A DNA stretch of 64,000 nt from Isurus oxyrinchus (taxonomy: Eukaryota). This document shows, one piece after another, positions 23,402-35,420 of the stretch. The stretch lies in the NCBI GenBank assembly GCA_026770705.1, contig JANJGN010000026.1, positions 32,116,001-32,180,000 of the forward strand. The letters run 5' to 3'. Position numbers and translations under genes: made by a program. Under the pieces are notes generated by a model that had not been told where the DNA came from, made no database searches, and saw only the letters and a program-made list of their open reading frames with translations. Within the stretch, counting starts at the first letter, position 1; every line of letters begins with the position of its first letter.

Positions 23402-24150
23402 CTGTGTGTGTATGTGTGTGTGAGAGAGTGTGTGTAGGGGTGTGAGTGATAGGTAGTATAAGTGTGAGAGAGAGAGAGTGTGTGTGGGAGAGAAAGAGTG
23501 TGTGAAAGAGAGAGCCAGTGTGTGGGTCAGAGAGAGAGAGAAAGACTGTGAGAGGGAGAGAATGAGAGAGTCTGTGTGTGAGAGGAACAGTGTCGATGTG
23601 CGAGAGAGGGAATGTGTTTGTGTTTCTGTGTGCATGAGAGAGAGAGAATGAGGATGTGTGTGTGAGAGAGAGTGTTATGTGTCTGTGTGTGAGGGAGGGT
23701 GAGATTTGAGAGAATGTATGTGTTTGGGAGAGAGGGTGGATGTATGTGAGAGAGAGAGAGAGTGGGTGTGCATAACAGAGAGGGTGTGTGCGCATATGTG
23801 AGAGAGAGAATACATGTGTGAGAGTGCATGTGTGAAGAAGACAGAGTGCATGTATGTGTGAGGAAGAGAGTGTGTATGTGTGTGCACAGTTGAGAGAGTA
23901 TGTGTATGAGAGAATGTGGGTGTCTGTGTGAGAGTGTGTGTGAAAGAAAGAGGCAATGTGTGAGAGACAGAGTGTGTGCGTGTTAAAGGGAGTTTGTGTG
24001 ACAGAGAGAGAATGTGTGTGTGTGACAGAGAGAGAAAGAGAGAGTGTATGTCTGTCAGAGAGAGTGCGTGAGAGAGTGTGTGCATGTGTGAGAGGGAGAG
24101 CGTGTGTGACAGAGAGAGTGAGCAAGTGAGGGTGTGTGGTAAAGAGACTG
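23190..24150. repeat. Mixed (GT)n/(GA)n microsatellite
   Basis: Directly visible. Confidence 0.95.
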
Positions 24151-26999
24151 AGTGTCGAGGTAGATGAACCATGATCTTACTGAATGGAGGGCAGGATCGA
24201 AGAGCCGAATGTCCTCCTCATGCTCTTATTTCTGTCATTCATTCCACCCCCTGCAGGGGGCAATCCAATGGCTCAGTTTTTAATGGCGGCTCCTTTTCCC
24301 CAAATCCCCCGTGGCTGGTTATTTGGAGCGGGAGTCTAGTCATTGTCCATTTCAGTCATTTAAATAACTCACAGCCTCTGATCAGATCAGAACAGGTGCT
24401 GCTCTCTGGAGCCTCACTGTCCCTCCCTGATTCTGTTTGTTCTGAAATTGTGCTCAAGTTCAGGTCACTCACATTCAATGATTTTCTGATACTCAAAATG
24501 CTTAAACATAATTAATTCATTAAAATTTATACATGTTCTCTGCAGAAATATTGTTAAAAACAATTAACGTGTGTCATTTAAACTGAGCAATGGAACAATT
24601 TATTTTCACAGATCTGGCTCGAGAACCCACAGCCAGTTCGTTCGATGCTCATCCAGTTTGTTTGACCTCTGCAGGGAAAAGACTCTCAGGTAAGGAACAG
24701 GACAAGTTAAGACATGGATTAAAGCCCCCACTCCTCCTCCAGTACACTCCTGTCATCAGCTGCAAGGGTGGGATTCAACAGAAAGCCAACTCTCCACTGA
24801 ATTGTCAAACACTCTGGGTCAGGTACAGCACTGGTTTGAAATAAAATAAAACTCTCTACATTGTTCCATCAAATATGCCCAGGAGAGGGTTCAATCCGGT
24901 TTTGATATAAGTGCTGTGCTGCAGGAGCCGGTCAGAGGCTGGGAATTCTGTGGTGAGGAATTCAACACCTATCGCCCAAAGAAAACTGGCCATCTACAAG
25001 GCACAAGTAAGGACTTCCACTTGCCTCGATGTGTGAAACTTCAAACAACCCCAAGAAACTTGATACTATCCAGGACAAAGCAGCCCACAGAATTGGTACC
25101 CCCATCCACTACGTTAAACTTTCACTCCCTCCCCCACCGACGCACAGTGACATCAGTGTGTACCATATACAAGATTCAATGCAGCAACTCGCCAAGGCTC
25201 CTTCAAAACCCGCAACCTCTCCTAACTAGAAGGACAAGGGCAGCAGGTGCTTGGAAACACCTGTATGTTCCCTCCAAGACAATGAACATCTTGACTTGGA
25301 ACTATATTGCCATTCCTTCACTTTCAATGGGTCAAAATCCTGGAACTCCTGACCTAACAGAACTGTGAGTGAACCTGCGGCTATTCAAGGACGCGGCATT
25401 TCAACACTCCCTCAATGATGGGCAGTTAGGATGGGCAACAAATGCTGGCCTTGCCAGCAACCCCAACATTCTATGATAGGATTAAAAATAAGATACAGAC
25501 TAATTTCTTCCTCCGCATTGTCCAACCAAATAGGTCAAGGACTGCTACAGCACGGATTAAAAAAGAATAAAACTCTCTGCATTGCCTAGCCGAACACTCC
25601 CAAGACAGGTACATCACTGGCTTAAATCGACCAAATCTCCTTCGACAGTCTGTCTGTCATTTCTGAATTGTCCTTTCTGACTGTCAGAATAGGTTGGGCA
25701 TCTCATTTCTGAGCCGCTTGGTCAAAAAATCAGACATTCACATTTCTCACAAATACAAGTTTTGTGAGGAAATAAATCAAACTGCACTTCCTGAAATACA
25801 GGAGAGCGAACCAGAAGGTTAACAACCAGCCAGGAAGATTCCTGGTCCCAGCACAGTGACCACGCTCACAGAAACAGAACAGACACAAATGGTGCAACAA
25901 TCGAGTTCCCAGCAGATAGATCTGTTCAATCTGTCCATTTCATTCAAGCTGTTTGATTCTAATTGGTCAATTTGCTACAATTATTCTATGACTTCTTTGA
26001 AATAAAAAATGATTTTCATTTCAAAACTCCCTTTGAAGTCTATCTAATTCTCTTTCTGACTCAAATCTCCAAACAATGTACGATTTAAGTTACCCTGAAA
26101 ATGAGCACACAAATACTACAGATTCAGGATAACTGGTTGTCCGTAACAAAGACTCAATGACAGGGTGAGAATTAAACAAATCAGGAAACATTCACATTGA
26201 AAACCGATTACCCACTGATTTGATTTGATTTTAGGTATAAATATAACCAATAAAAACATCGAGGCAAAACACCTTATCGAGGTGAGCACAGCTGAATAAG
26301 AAAAGTATTCTTTTCTGAATTCATTTTGGATACAATTCAAAATTCTCTCCACCCTTTGAGATTTTGCATTCACTATAATGTCCAGTGTACTATTTAATTG
26401 TTGGAGTTCATTTATGTTGAATTAATTACCATAAATATTATATTGTAAGTTAATTATCTTGTTATTATCAATTCATTTTCTTGTTAGCTGATTTCTACTT
26501 TATAATAAAAATAGTTTTCAATAAGTGAAAATTTGTTCCTCCCTGGTACTTTGTGAAATAATTGGGGCTTATTTAAATCAACCTGACACTGAAACAATGT
26601 TGAACAATATACTTCAAAGTACTAGATGGTAACATTCAGGCAAATATATCAATTTTACTTAAATCTGATCAATATTTACTATTTTATTTTTACTTCTCCT
26701 GCTCTGTTTTAATGGACAAAATTGTAAACTATGCGTTTCTGAACGCATTGAGAAATCATAAATTCCATCTATTCTCATCGAGTAATTCACACGACGAATT
26801 TATGAGTTCAATATTTGAAACACTTTGCATTAACTGTCGATGAGGTATAATATCATCAGTTTGCTGAATCAAATTTGCCTTAACTCCAAGCTATACGTAA
26901 ACAAATGTTCCTGGCAGTTACTGATTATCAATGAAAGTGCTTCCTAGATAACAATCCCTATAATTTAATTGTTAAATATATTGTTCACTGAAAGAAGAT

Positions 27000-27950
27000 C
27001 CAAATTGATCAGTAAAAAATTTGATGAGAATAATTCATTCAGATCATCTGCGCCACTGAAATATAACCGGCAAATTGATTCCAGATTTTGTTCTTCAATT
27101 TAATATTTAATAAGAATTAAGCATGAATCTCAGATGTAATCTGTTCTTCTCCTATAATTCTATCCCGTGTACAACACAGCTACGGGAGACAGGATGTTGT
27201 TATTAAGTTCAAATATTTGCAATTAAATTAATCTGTTCGAATTTCAAGCTTTTACTTGTCAGTCTCTATATGCGGTCTGCACCTTCCTTCAGTTCAAAAA
27301 AATGTAAGAACAATTCCTTTACTGCCAGCGAATTACCCCCAGTAAACTATTTAAAATTAGATTAGTGACAATTATCTCGCTATCCAAATCCCAATGACAT
27401 TGAAGGAATAATATGGTTACGGCTGCACAGAAAGAATGTAATAACCGAATAGACATATTGCCAAACTGCAATATCAAACTCCTCTTTAAGTCAATGCAAA
27501 TGTTATCAGGGATATAAAAAAGTAATTCAAAATCTCTTTTGAAACTGAACAATTCTATAGAGTCAGTATATTCTTACTGAAACTTTTCATGCATAATCAC
27601 AAAATGTTTCTATCCTAAAAACTTTCCCGATCATGTTAATTGTGCGCAGAGCACAGCAGAGTTGTGAAAGGCGATTAATGATCAATTAGGTTAATATGAA
27701 AGCTGTTCCGTCAATATGGAGAAATATTAACACATTGTAATTGTTTGAATTGTATTAATTTTACTCTACAACTTGAAAACTTGGTAATTGTATAGTTTCT
27801 GATCGCAGTAAGGAATTAAGTTCTGAATGAGCGTCATAATCCATGGTTTAGTTTATTCTGCAATTATCACTTAAAATAAAGACAAAATGTTCTAACACAT
27901 CTGTAAATGCTTTTTTGCCCATTTCTGAAGCCTGTTTGTTTTCTGCCGAC
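27000..27950. promoter_or_regulatory. Candidate JH-Cmu intronic enhancer
   Basis: Perfect octamer ATGCAAAT (27494-27501) and CATCTG/CAGATG E-boxes (about 27045, 27131, 27898) in AT-rich, TE-free DNA 0.8-1.7 kb 3' of JH. Confidence 0.35.
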
Positions 27951-28734
27951 AATCGCGCTTCAAGCAGATTCAATCGCAAAACGTGTAACCGCTCAATATC
28001 ACCGAGTTTAAACAAAGCAGAAACAATGCAGAACCGCCAAACCGTTTCACAAATTCTACTTATTCAAAGTCACCCAGACACACAACCTCCTCAGCAGAAA
28101 AACACCAAATCACATCACTGAGGGTCTGAAACCCATTTCATGGAGAAGCAGCTCAATTATACAAACACTTCCAACAGAATCCAATGCAACGTTGCAAGAA
28201 AATCTCAATATCGAATCCAGTCAACCCGCTCATCACCAAATGAATGAATAATTAAACTAAACAGAAATATGGAATAATGTCAACAGCATTGTGAGTAGGC
28301 AGAACATGTTCAATAAATTAATACTGAAACTTAAGCATATTTTGTTAATATGGTTTGATTTCAAATCTATTTAAACTCTTGTGCAACAGATGGTAAAACC
28401 CGCAGCCATTAGATGTCACCGAGATTAAACATTGCAGAAACGTCAAACGGTTTTTACAAAGGTTAGATATTTCAAGGAGCCAGGCCACATCGTATCCTCA
28501 GCAGATAAACACCAAATCACAACGACCAGGGTCTCAATCCCTCAGCAGCACCATTTTATCAAGACGCAGCGGAATTATATAACTCAATTTCAGCAGAATC
28601 ACATGAAACATTGTAAAAAATTCTGCATACAGAATCCACCAAACCCAGTTTTCATTGGCTAAATGAATTATTAAAATAGACAAAAAAGCAAAGACTCAAA
28701 TAAAACAGTTACTAAATAAATGTGTGGTTCTTAC

Positions 28735-28782
28735 CTGCAGTCACCGTCACCATGGTCCCTTGTCCCCAGTCTTCCATAGCAT
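28735..28782 (-). CDS. IGHJ: JH joining segment (AMEDWGQGTMVTVTA)
   Basis: WGQG motif; ends G|GTAAG (phase-1 donor); preceded by a 23-RSS. Confidence 0.96.
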
Positions 28783-28821
28783 CACAGTGTTACATTCCCT
28801 GGGCTGTGCCATACAATAACT
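28783..28821 (-). other. JH 5' recombination signal sequence, 23-bp spacer
   Basis: Plus strand CACAGTG (28783-28789) + 23 nt + ACAATAACT (28813-28821). Confidence 0.92.
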
Positions 28822-29150
28822 GTCCCTGCACCAAAAAGACAGAAATCCACCATTATTTTAAATATTCATAAGTCAGAGGCAAAGTAAGATCACGATGAAT
28901 CTTCACGAAATGATATTTGCGTTTGTGGATATCTTTAGCTATTCATCAATGATCCACATGTTTTATAATTCACAGAATAACACATGAACATGTTATTGAA
29001 ATCACCAATTGATGTATGGATAATTATCACAGCTTTTCCATCTTAAACCATGCTTTTTGGGCAGTGCTGGGTAGAAATAATACTTCATTGTAAATATAGC
29101 AGGATTGTGAAAGCGAGCACTGAACCCGGCAGACTCAATTAGTGCTGAGG

Positions 29151-29219
29151 GGTTTTTGTATTGACAGTAACTGCTGTGCCACCCAGTATATCACAGTGAG
29201 ACACACCATGTCAAATACT
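29151..29219 (-). other. IGHD: DH2 diversity segment (coding 29179-29191, ATATACTGGGTGG) with 12/12 RSSs
   Basis: Plus strand: GGTTTTTGT-12nt-TGCTGTG-[13 nt]-CACAGTG-12nt-TCAAATACT; all three frames are open (IYWV, YTGW, ILG). Symbol is the IMGT diversity group. Confidence 0.94.
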
Positions 29220-29530
29220 GCGGCACACTGTTAACTGTAAGTACAGAGATTTAATCTCACTGCGCTCTCAAAAACCTGATCCTGACTCGCCTAAGAGTAA
29301 ACCAGTGAGATATTTCAGCTTGTGCTGGTCATTATATTTATAAACGCGATTGGAGTTCTTTAAAAGCCTCTGTGAAGATTTAGCGTATCCGTAAACACAA
29401 ACAAAGCGGAAGACTTTTATATATTTTTACAAGTCAAATATTACTTATACCCATTATTTTATTTAGCTTCCATTTTCTTTGATTCTTCCTGTTGTGATCG
29501 TGATCACCAATTTGAACAAACTCTTTCTGA

Positions 29531-29609
29531 GGTTTTTGTACGAGGATGTCGCTGTGCACAGCACTGTGACCCCCGTAGTATCACAGTGAAATACACCCAC
29601 ACAAAAACT
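29531..29609 (-). other. IGHD: DH1 diversity segment (coding 29569-29581, ATACTACGGGGGT) with 5' 12-RSS and 3' 22-RSS
   Basis: Plus strand: GGTTTTTGT-22nt-CACTGTG-[13 nt]-CACAGTG-12nt-ACAAAAACT; all three frames are open (YYGG, ILRG, TTG). Symbol is the IMGT diversity group, not the delta isotype. Confidence 0.95.
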
Positions 29610-29979
29610 GCACCCACACTCTGATCAGTGCTGCCTCTCAATATTCACTTCAAATAGACGTTTACTTCTGATCTAGTTTGGTATTTATGCAGCAATTTAC
29701 AAAGCTCAATGAACAGTGATTCCCTCCAAGTATCAGACATATTAAAATGAACATTATATCCAGGTCTGTAATTGCGGAAACTGTTAACGGTAAATATAAA
29801 CACAGCCAAAAGCTCAGCCCATTATATCAATTGGTTTGCTAGGTTTTACTGTTAAATTTGCTGTTTTACTTTTGTCAGAAGCGACTTGTTGTCTGGTCCT
29901 GATCATTACAGTTAATATTACATTTGAAACAAGTACTGACCGTCAGGTTATGATGGAAGTTGTTGAGTTTCTCTCGATC

Positions 29980-30018
29980 TGTTCTTGTTCAGGTCCAGCC
30001 CTGGTTCCTCTCGCTGTG
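29980..30018 (-). other. VH 3' recombination signal sequence, 23-bp spacer
   Basis: CACAGCG (30018-30012) + 23 nt + ACAAGAACA (29988-29980). Confidence 0.92.
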
Positions 30019-30323
30019 GTCTCTTGCACAGTAATAGATGGCGGTGTCTTCAGTCTTCAGGCTCGTCATGTCCAAGGAGAAGATGTTTCTTGAAGTGTCT
30101 TTGGACGCAGTAAATCGATCCTTAATTCCTGGGGCGTAGTCGTTGCTGTATGAACTATAGTAGCTAACCAGCCACTCCAACCCCTGTCCGGGAACCTGTC
30201 GGACCCAGTACATGTAAGCACTGCCAAGATCGAAGCCGCTGGTTTCACAGGTCAGTCTCAGGGAGCCTCCGGGACGCCCGGTCTCTGCCTCTGGCTGAGT
30301 CAACACAACCTCCGACTGGACAC
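30019..30323 (-). CDS. IGHV: Immunoglobulin heavy-chain variable segment (shark IgM VH), germline and unrearranged
   Basis: Acceptor TTTACAG|GT; [54 protein letters not shown] with both Cys and the Trp intact; no stops; followed by an RSS. Confidence 0.97.
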
Positions 30324-30453
30324 CTGTAAAAATATATCAAAAACCCAGAGGATTAATCCTGGTGAAATGACTCCTGACTCTGTAACATTCCAAAGAGAGA
30401 GATTAACACTGAGACAGTAACAGTGAGAGACTTGGACAATAAAAACTACTCAC

Positions 30454-30499
30454 GGGATAAGAAAGTCAGCAACAAACTGAGAGAAATCGCCGACCTCAT
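30454..30499 (-). CDS. IGHV: IgM VH leader exon (MRSAISLSLLLTFLS + 1 nt); alternative in-frame ATG at 30511
   Basis: 46-nt exon with a hydrophobic signal peptide, ending C|GTGAGT (donor at 30453); a 130-nt phase-1 intron leads to the V exon, giving leader ...FLSRVQS. Confidence 0.93.
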
Positions 30500-30680
30500 C
30501 CTTCTGGTCATTTGGGGAAAATGGTTCTGTCCAGAACTCAGTGAACAAACCAGCTCCCGGACTGTTGGATTCCGGCCCCAGTGAACGGTAATTAAATACC
30601 CGGCAGAAGGGGGCGGGTTTCCAGGCGCCGCCTGTTGATTCCCTGGTGGAGGCGGCGACTGGATCCACGCCCCACCTTCC
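30500..30680 (-). promoter_or_regulatory. VH promoter region
   Basis: TATTTAAT TATA-like box (30591-30598) about 90 nt upstream of the ATG; GC box GGGGCGGG near 30610; locally CpG-rich; no octamer seen. Confidence 0.6.
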
Positions 30681-33670
30681 ATATCCCCAACAGAATGGAT
30701 TCAGATGTTTACAATAGTTTTTTCTTAAAAGTGGACATGTTATCTGTATCGGGATATTTGATTGAATGGATTTATTGTAATGTCTCCATTGGCTCTAATG
30801 GTGAAATTGTAGCTTAGAATCAGTTCATAAAAATGACTAATTCAAATGTAAAATAAGCCCATTTATTTCTACACTACTTCACAGCGGGTTGAATCTAAAA
30901 AAATAAGTTATATTATCAGGGCTGTCAGTCTGTTTTGCAGCAACTCCGGGTCTCTGTCTCATTACAGTAATAAAGTGTAATTAATCAGAGGAATTATTAT
31001 TGATTTATGTAGCTAAATGAGGGGGATGAACAACGTGATATTATATACAAAATGGGTGGCTATCGCCGTACAGTTTGGATCCAGAGATAAGAAGAAGCTG
31101 CCCATATTATGCAATGTCTCTCCTTGCATTCCTCGAATAGCCCCTGACCTAAGACAGCCCTGTGAAAATTAGCAGAAAAAGAAGCCCGCCACCCTGATAT
31201 TTAAACAGTAAGTTTACAGAGAAACATAAAATTTACATCAACTTTTGACAGAGAAGCTAATGAATCAGAATGGACACGGAGATCAGCAAATCTGATCAGC
31301 ATCCAAATCATTATAGGTAATTCTATTGGCCACCGGCTGTCTACCATTCACTGGTATTGGGAACACAGGATATCAGGACTTTGCGGCATATTACACAATA
31401 TCACAAGAATAAATGTTTCATCTTCCACTGAATCGGGTGATGAACTGGTCATTTCTACACTTATTAGCAGCTATGAGAAGGACTGTTAAATAATCGAAAT
31501 CAGCACAAATTAAACTGTACAGTACACGGTGCTAATCAGGAATAAGAGGCGCCTCAGGTAAAATGAGGCGCACAACTCAGAATATTCAAGGAATTCCTGC
31601 GGCTTTAAGGCAATTCAACAATTTTCTTTCAATTTAATTTCTTTTTAATTTTTGCCATTGCGCTCATCTCATTGGACTGGGACATTGTGACCATCAACAT
31701 CGCCCTCTCGCACTTCATGAAGTTCTTAATGAACATGCTTTAATAACTGGAATGCCATTTAATTCGAAATAATATAAATTAATTAGTATATGGTCAATTT
31801 AATTTTTTTGATTTGCGTTTAAACTCAGTGAACACGACATTCATTAAAATATTTCCTTGGATGAAATGCCACTTAAAATGTATATTCCGTGTGCGACTGA
31901 AAGCAATATTGTTTGAATGGCTAAATCCCAATTTGTTGATTCATACCCAGGCTAATCTACCCCACACAGTATTTGGCAGCAAGCCAGCCGGCTGCAGTCA
32001 GGGAGGCTCGAATGTCCAATGTTGTTTACAGGAAGCATCTGGGGATTTTGTGCAGTAAATGAAAGATCTGTTTCCTCAGTACTGATCGCTTGGCTGCAAG
32101 CCAACTATAAGCACTTAACATTGTCAACAAGGCCTATTTATAACAAATCTACCCAGCAACAACATTGGAGTCAGTTTTATTTTTTTAAGTTGTGAACCTA
32201 TGTGAACTGTTCCAATCTCCCAGGAAAGAAAACAATTTCAGCTTCTCTGACACCCTGTTTGCATTAAAAGCTCATTGGAGGAACTCTCCAACATATCAAA
32301 ATATTGTGATGGATGGATAGATAGAAAGAATTACAGGCTATCAGATAGGACTCAGAGAAAGGATATATTTCGAAATAGAAAATCATGTGTGTTCATGTGA
32401 TTTTTTTGCCCCTTTACTCTTTCACGGGATGTGAGAGTCACTGGCAAGGCCAGCATTTGTTGCCTGTCCCTAATTGCTCTTGAGCTGAGTGTCTTGCGAG
32501 GCTATTTCAGAGGGCAGCTAGAGTCCATCATATTGCCGTGGACCTGGAGTCGCATGTAGGCCAGATTAGGTACAGTGGCAAATTTCCTTTCCTAAAAGAC
32601 ATTAGTGAATCAGATTACTTTTTTCCACAATCGATGATAGTTTCGTGGTTTCCTTCACTGGGACCAGTTTTCAATCCCAGATTTCTAATTGAATTTAAAT
32701 TCCACCAGCTGCCATGATGGGATTTGAATTCGTGAATAGCTTGGGTCTCTGGGTTACGAGTCCACTGACATGTAACACAACCGTCTGCCAAAAATGGAGG
32801 GATGACTGCGGTGATACAGGAATGAATGGTGGTTGGACGCCTGAATATTTTCATGAAGGAATCAATGAATACATTGATTGATGTATCCATCGATGCGTCT
32901 GAAAGATGTTGTCCTACTTTCTCATCTTTGTGCTTGACCACTTCATATCTTGAAGCTGGTCTTGTATTTAATTTGTGTCAGTCTAATATCTTCAGTCCTT
33001 CCAGATTTTCTGGATGAATTCCATCCCCTGCCTATCGGGAACTAACGAGCTGAACGTCACCAAGAGAAGGCTGGAGATGTCCCTCCGACACTGGTGATTC
33101 TTCCCTGCTGATGGGCAATCATCATCTTTAACACAGAAAGCGGATATATAATACAGATTAGGGTGGAGGATTGTAATATTTGGAACATGTGGTCCTTTCA
33201 TGCACAACAAAACAATCAACATATCCTCACCCAAATTAATGAATGTAACAAACTAAACACTATTACTATGGAAACAGAAATAATGTGAAACTCAATGGAG
33301 GGCCGCAAATGTTTCATTACCTTCCAGACGATGGAAATAACAAATCTGGATTTAAATATTTATCAAGTAAAGTCAGGTCCAGGTAGCATTTTTCATACCA
33401 TCACTTTACAAATCCTCACACGCTCCAGTTTTCTATCAGGACTTTCTCTGTGATGATGAGGTGATTACTTGTCAATAAATCGCAGAGGCTGCTGGGTAGC
33501 TGTTCATTACCCTCGGTCTGATTTCATTCCATTTCCCACTCAATTCTGGGACAGATGTGATTCCTTGTTGACAGAAGGGTCAATGCGATCTCAATCAATG
33601 TTAATGATATTACATGAACCGCAATTATATTTTATATGTAATAAAATACTGAAAATAATTGGTTAATGCA

Positions 33671-33965
33671 ATCATTTATCTTTGTGAATGGATGATGATT
33701 AATGAATATAATTATTTATCTTTGTGAGTTGATTATAATTGGTGAATATAATTATTTATCTTTGTGAATTGATGATAGTTGGTGAATATAATTATTTACC
33801 TTTGTGAATGAATAATAATTTGTGAATATAATTATTTATCTTTGTGAATTGATGCCAATTGGTGAATCTAATTATTTATCTTTGTGAATTGATGGTAATT
33901 TGTGAATATAATTATTTACCTTCGTAAATTGATAATAATTGGTCTATATAATTATGTATCTTTCT
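33671..33965. repeat. 40-bp AT-rich minisatellite, about 7 copies
   Basis: ATTATTTATCTTTGTGAATTGATGATAATTGGTGAATATA at a 40-nt period. Confidence 0.95.
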
Positions 33966-34019
33966 CAGTCTTTACGACCTTCTCCTCCTCTGCTGAAAGA
34001 TAAGATCCGTTCTGCAGGA

Positions 34020-35420
34020 GATGAATAACATAATAATCATCGCACTATCTGAAAACAACTACAGGAATATCTCACTCAGAGTCACAGGGAAGGCCTTTGC
34101 TCGGGTCATACTTTAAAGACTTCATCTATTTGCAGGCCGAAGCACAGTGTGATGTTTGCATCGGAAAATATACTCGAGACATGATCTGCTCCATATGCTC
34201 GACACCACCAGCAGGAAAGGACCCTTCAAGATTTTGGGGAAAATTGGCTGCCAACCAAAGCTCCTCAGTCTCATTCACTCCTTCCGTGACAACATGCACT
34301 GCACTGTACAGATTGATGATTCCACTTCCGACAGATTCGGAGTGAAGAATAGAGTGAAACAGGCCTGTGTCCTAACCCCCATTCTGTTTAGCATCTTCTT
34401 CTCCACGCTGCTGATCTTTGCCTTCTCTGTAGATATGGAAGGAGTCTACTCACACACCCAGTCAGACTGCAAGCCCCACAATCTAGAAGACTGAAAGCGA
34501 AGACTAAAACACATTGAATCCTGATCAAAGAATTGCTCGAAGCTGATAACTTCGTCATCAAAACGGAAACTCATCCACAAAGACTGATGAACTGACTCTC
34601 CCATGCCTGTAACATGTTCCCCCTGACTATAACCATGAAGGATCGCCTGGCCATGGGACAAAGTGTTGCATTTCCACCATTGATCACGCTAAGTAACACC
34701 CGGATGGAAATAAGTTCCCCTCACTGGGTTCCACTGTGTCAGGCAGCCTGGTGCTTGCTGCAGAACTTGATACCCGCATGGGAAAAGCAGCTGCTACTTT
34801 TGGCTGACTCGTGAAATGCCCCTGGAATAATATCAAACTGACCCTTAAGGCCAACCTGATGGTTTATATGGCCTGTGCTCTCACCACCTTGCTTTATGGC
34901 TGTGAAATATGGTCGACTTACAGTTATCAAGAAATGAAGCTCCACAATTTCCATATTCGCTGCCTGGTGCGCATTATGGGTATGTACTGGCAGGGTAAAG
35001 TCACAAATGCAGTAGTACTCTCAAAGGCAGAGCTCCCAAGACCGTGGAGCTCATGAAACAGAGATGGTGCTGGTGGCTTGGGAACGTACATAGGATGGAA
35101 GATGGTCACATGCACAAGGACTTTCTGTATGGTGAGGTAGCCGGAGGCAGATAATCAGTGGGACGCCTAAAGCTCCACTTCCAGAATGCTTGAAGTGAAG
35201 GCCCTAAATATCGATTATCACAACTGAATGTAACTAACTGATGACTGAGGAAAATGGCGACACCTCCTGTGGGTTGGCGTGAACCACCACGATGTCCAAT
35301 GGCTACAGTGGTTTGGCAATCGAGGCCTTCGCTGAAAAACAACATTTTGTAGTTTCATGTGCAGCATTTCTGGCAGAACCTGCCTCACAACAATTGCCCC
35401 CCCCTCAGCCATCAGCACAT
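34020..35420 (+). mobile_element. RTE-clade LINE, decayed
   Basis: KILGKIGC.PK..SLIHSF..NM, VKQACVLTPILFSIFF, VYMACALTTLLYGCEIW, KLHNFHIRCL.RI.G..WQ.KVTN. Confidence 0.85.

Noticed and set aside
20245-24172. Long ORFs of 150-319 aa (G/R/E-, P/L/S- and H/T-rich)
   Set aside because: Translations of simple repeats that are open in several frames on both strands inside the IgM intron
25852-25858. CACAGTG heptamer in the J-C intron
   Set aside because: No nonamer at 12 or 23 nt; expected by chance
32615-33234. Two minus-strand ORFs upstream of VH as a possible pseudo-exon
   Set aside because: No recognisable domain, frames are discontinuous, and one ORF runs into a SINE
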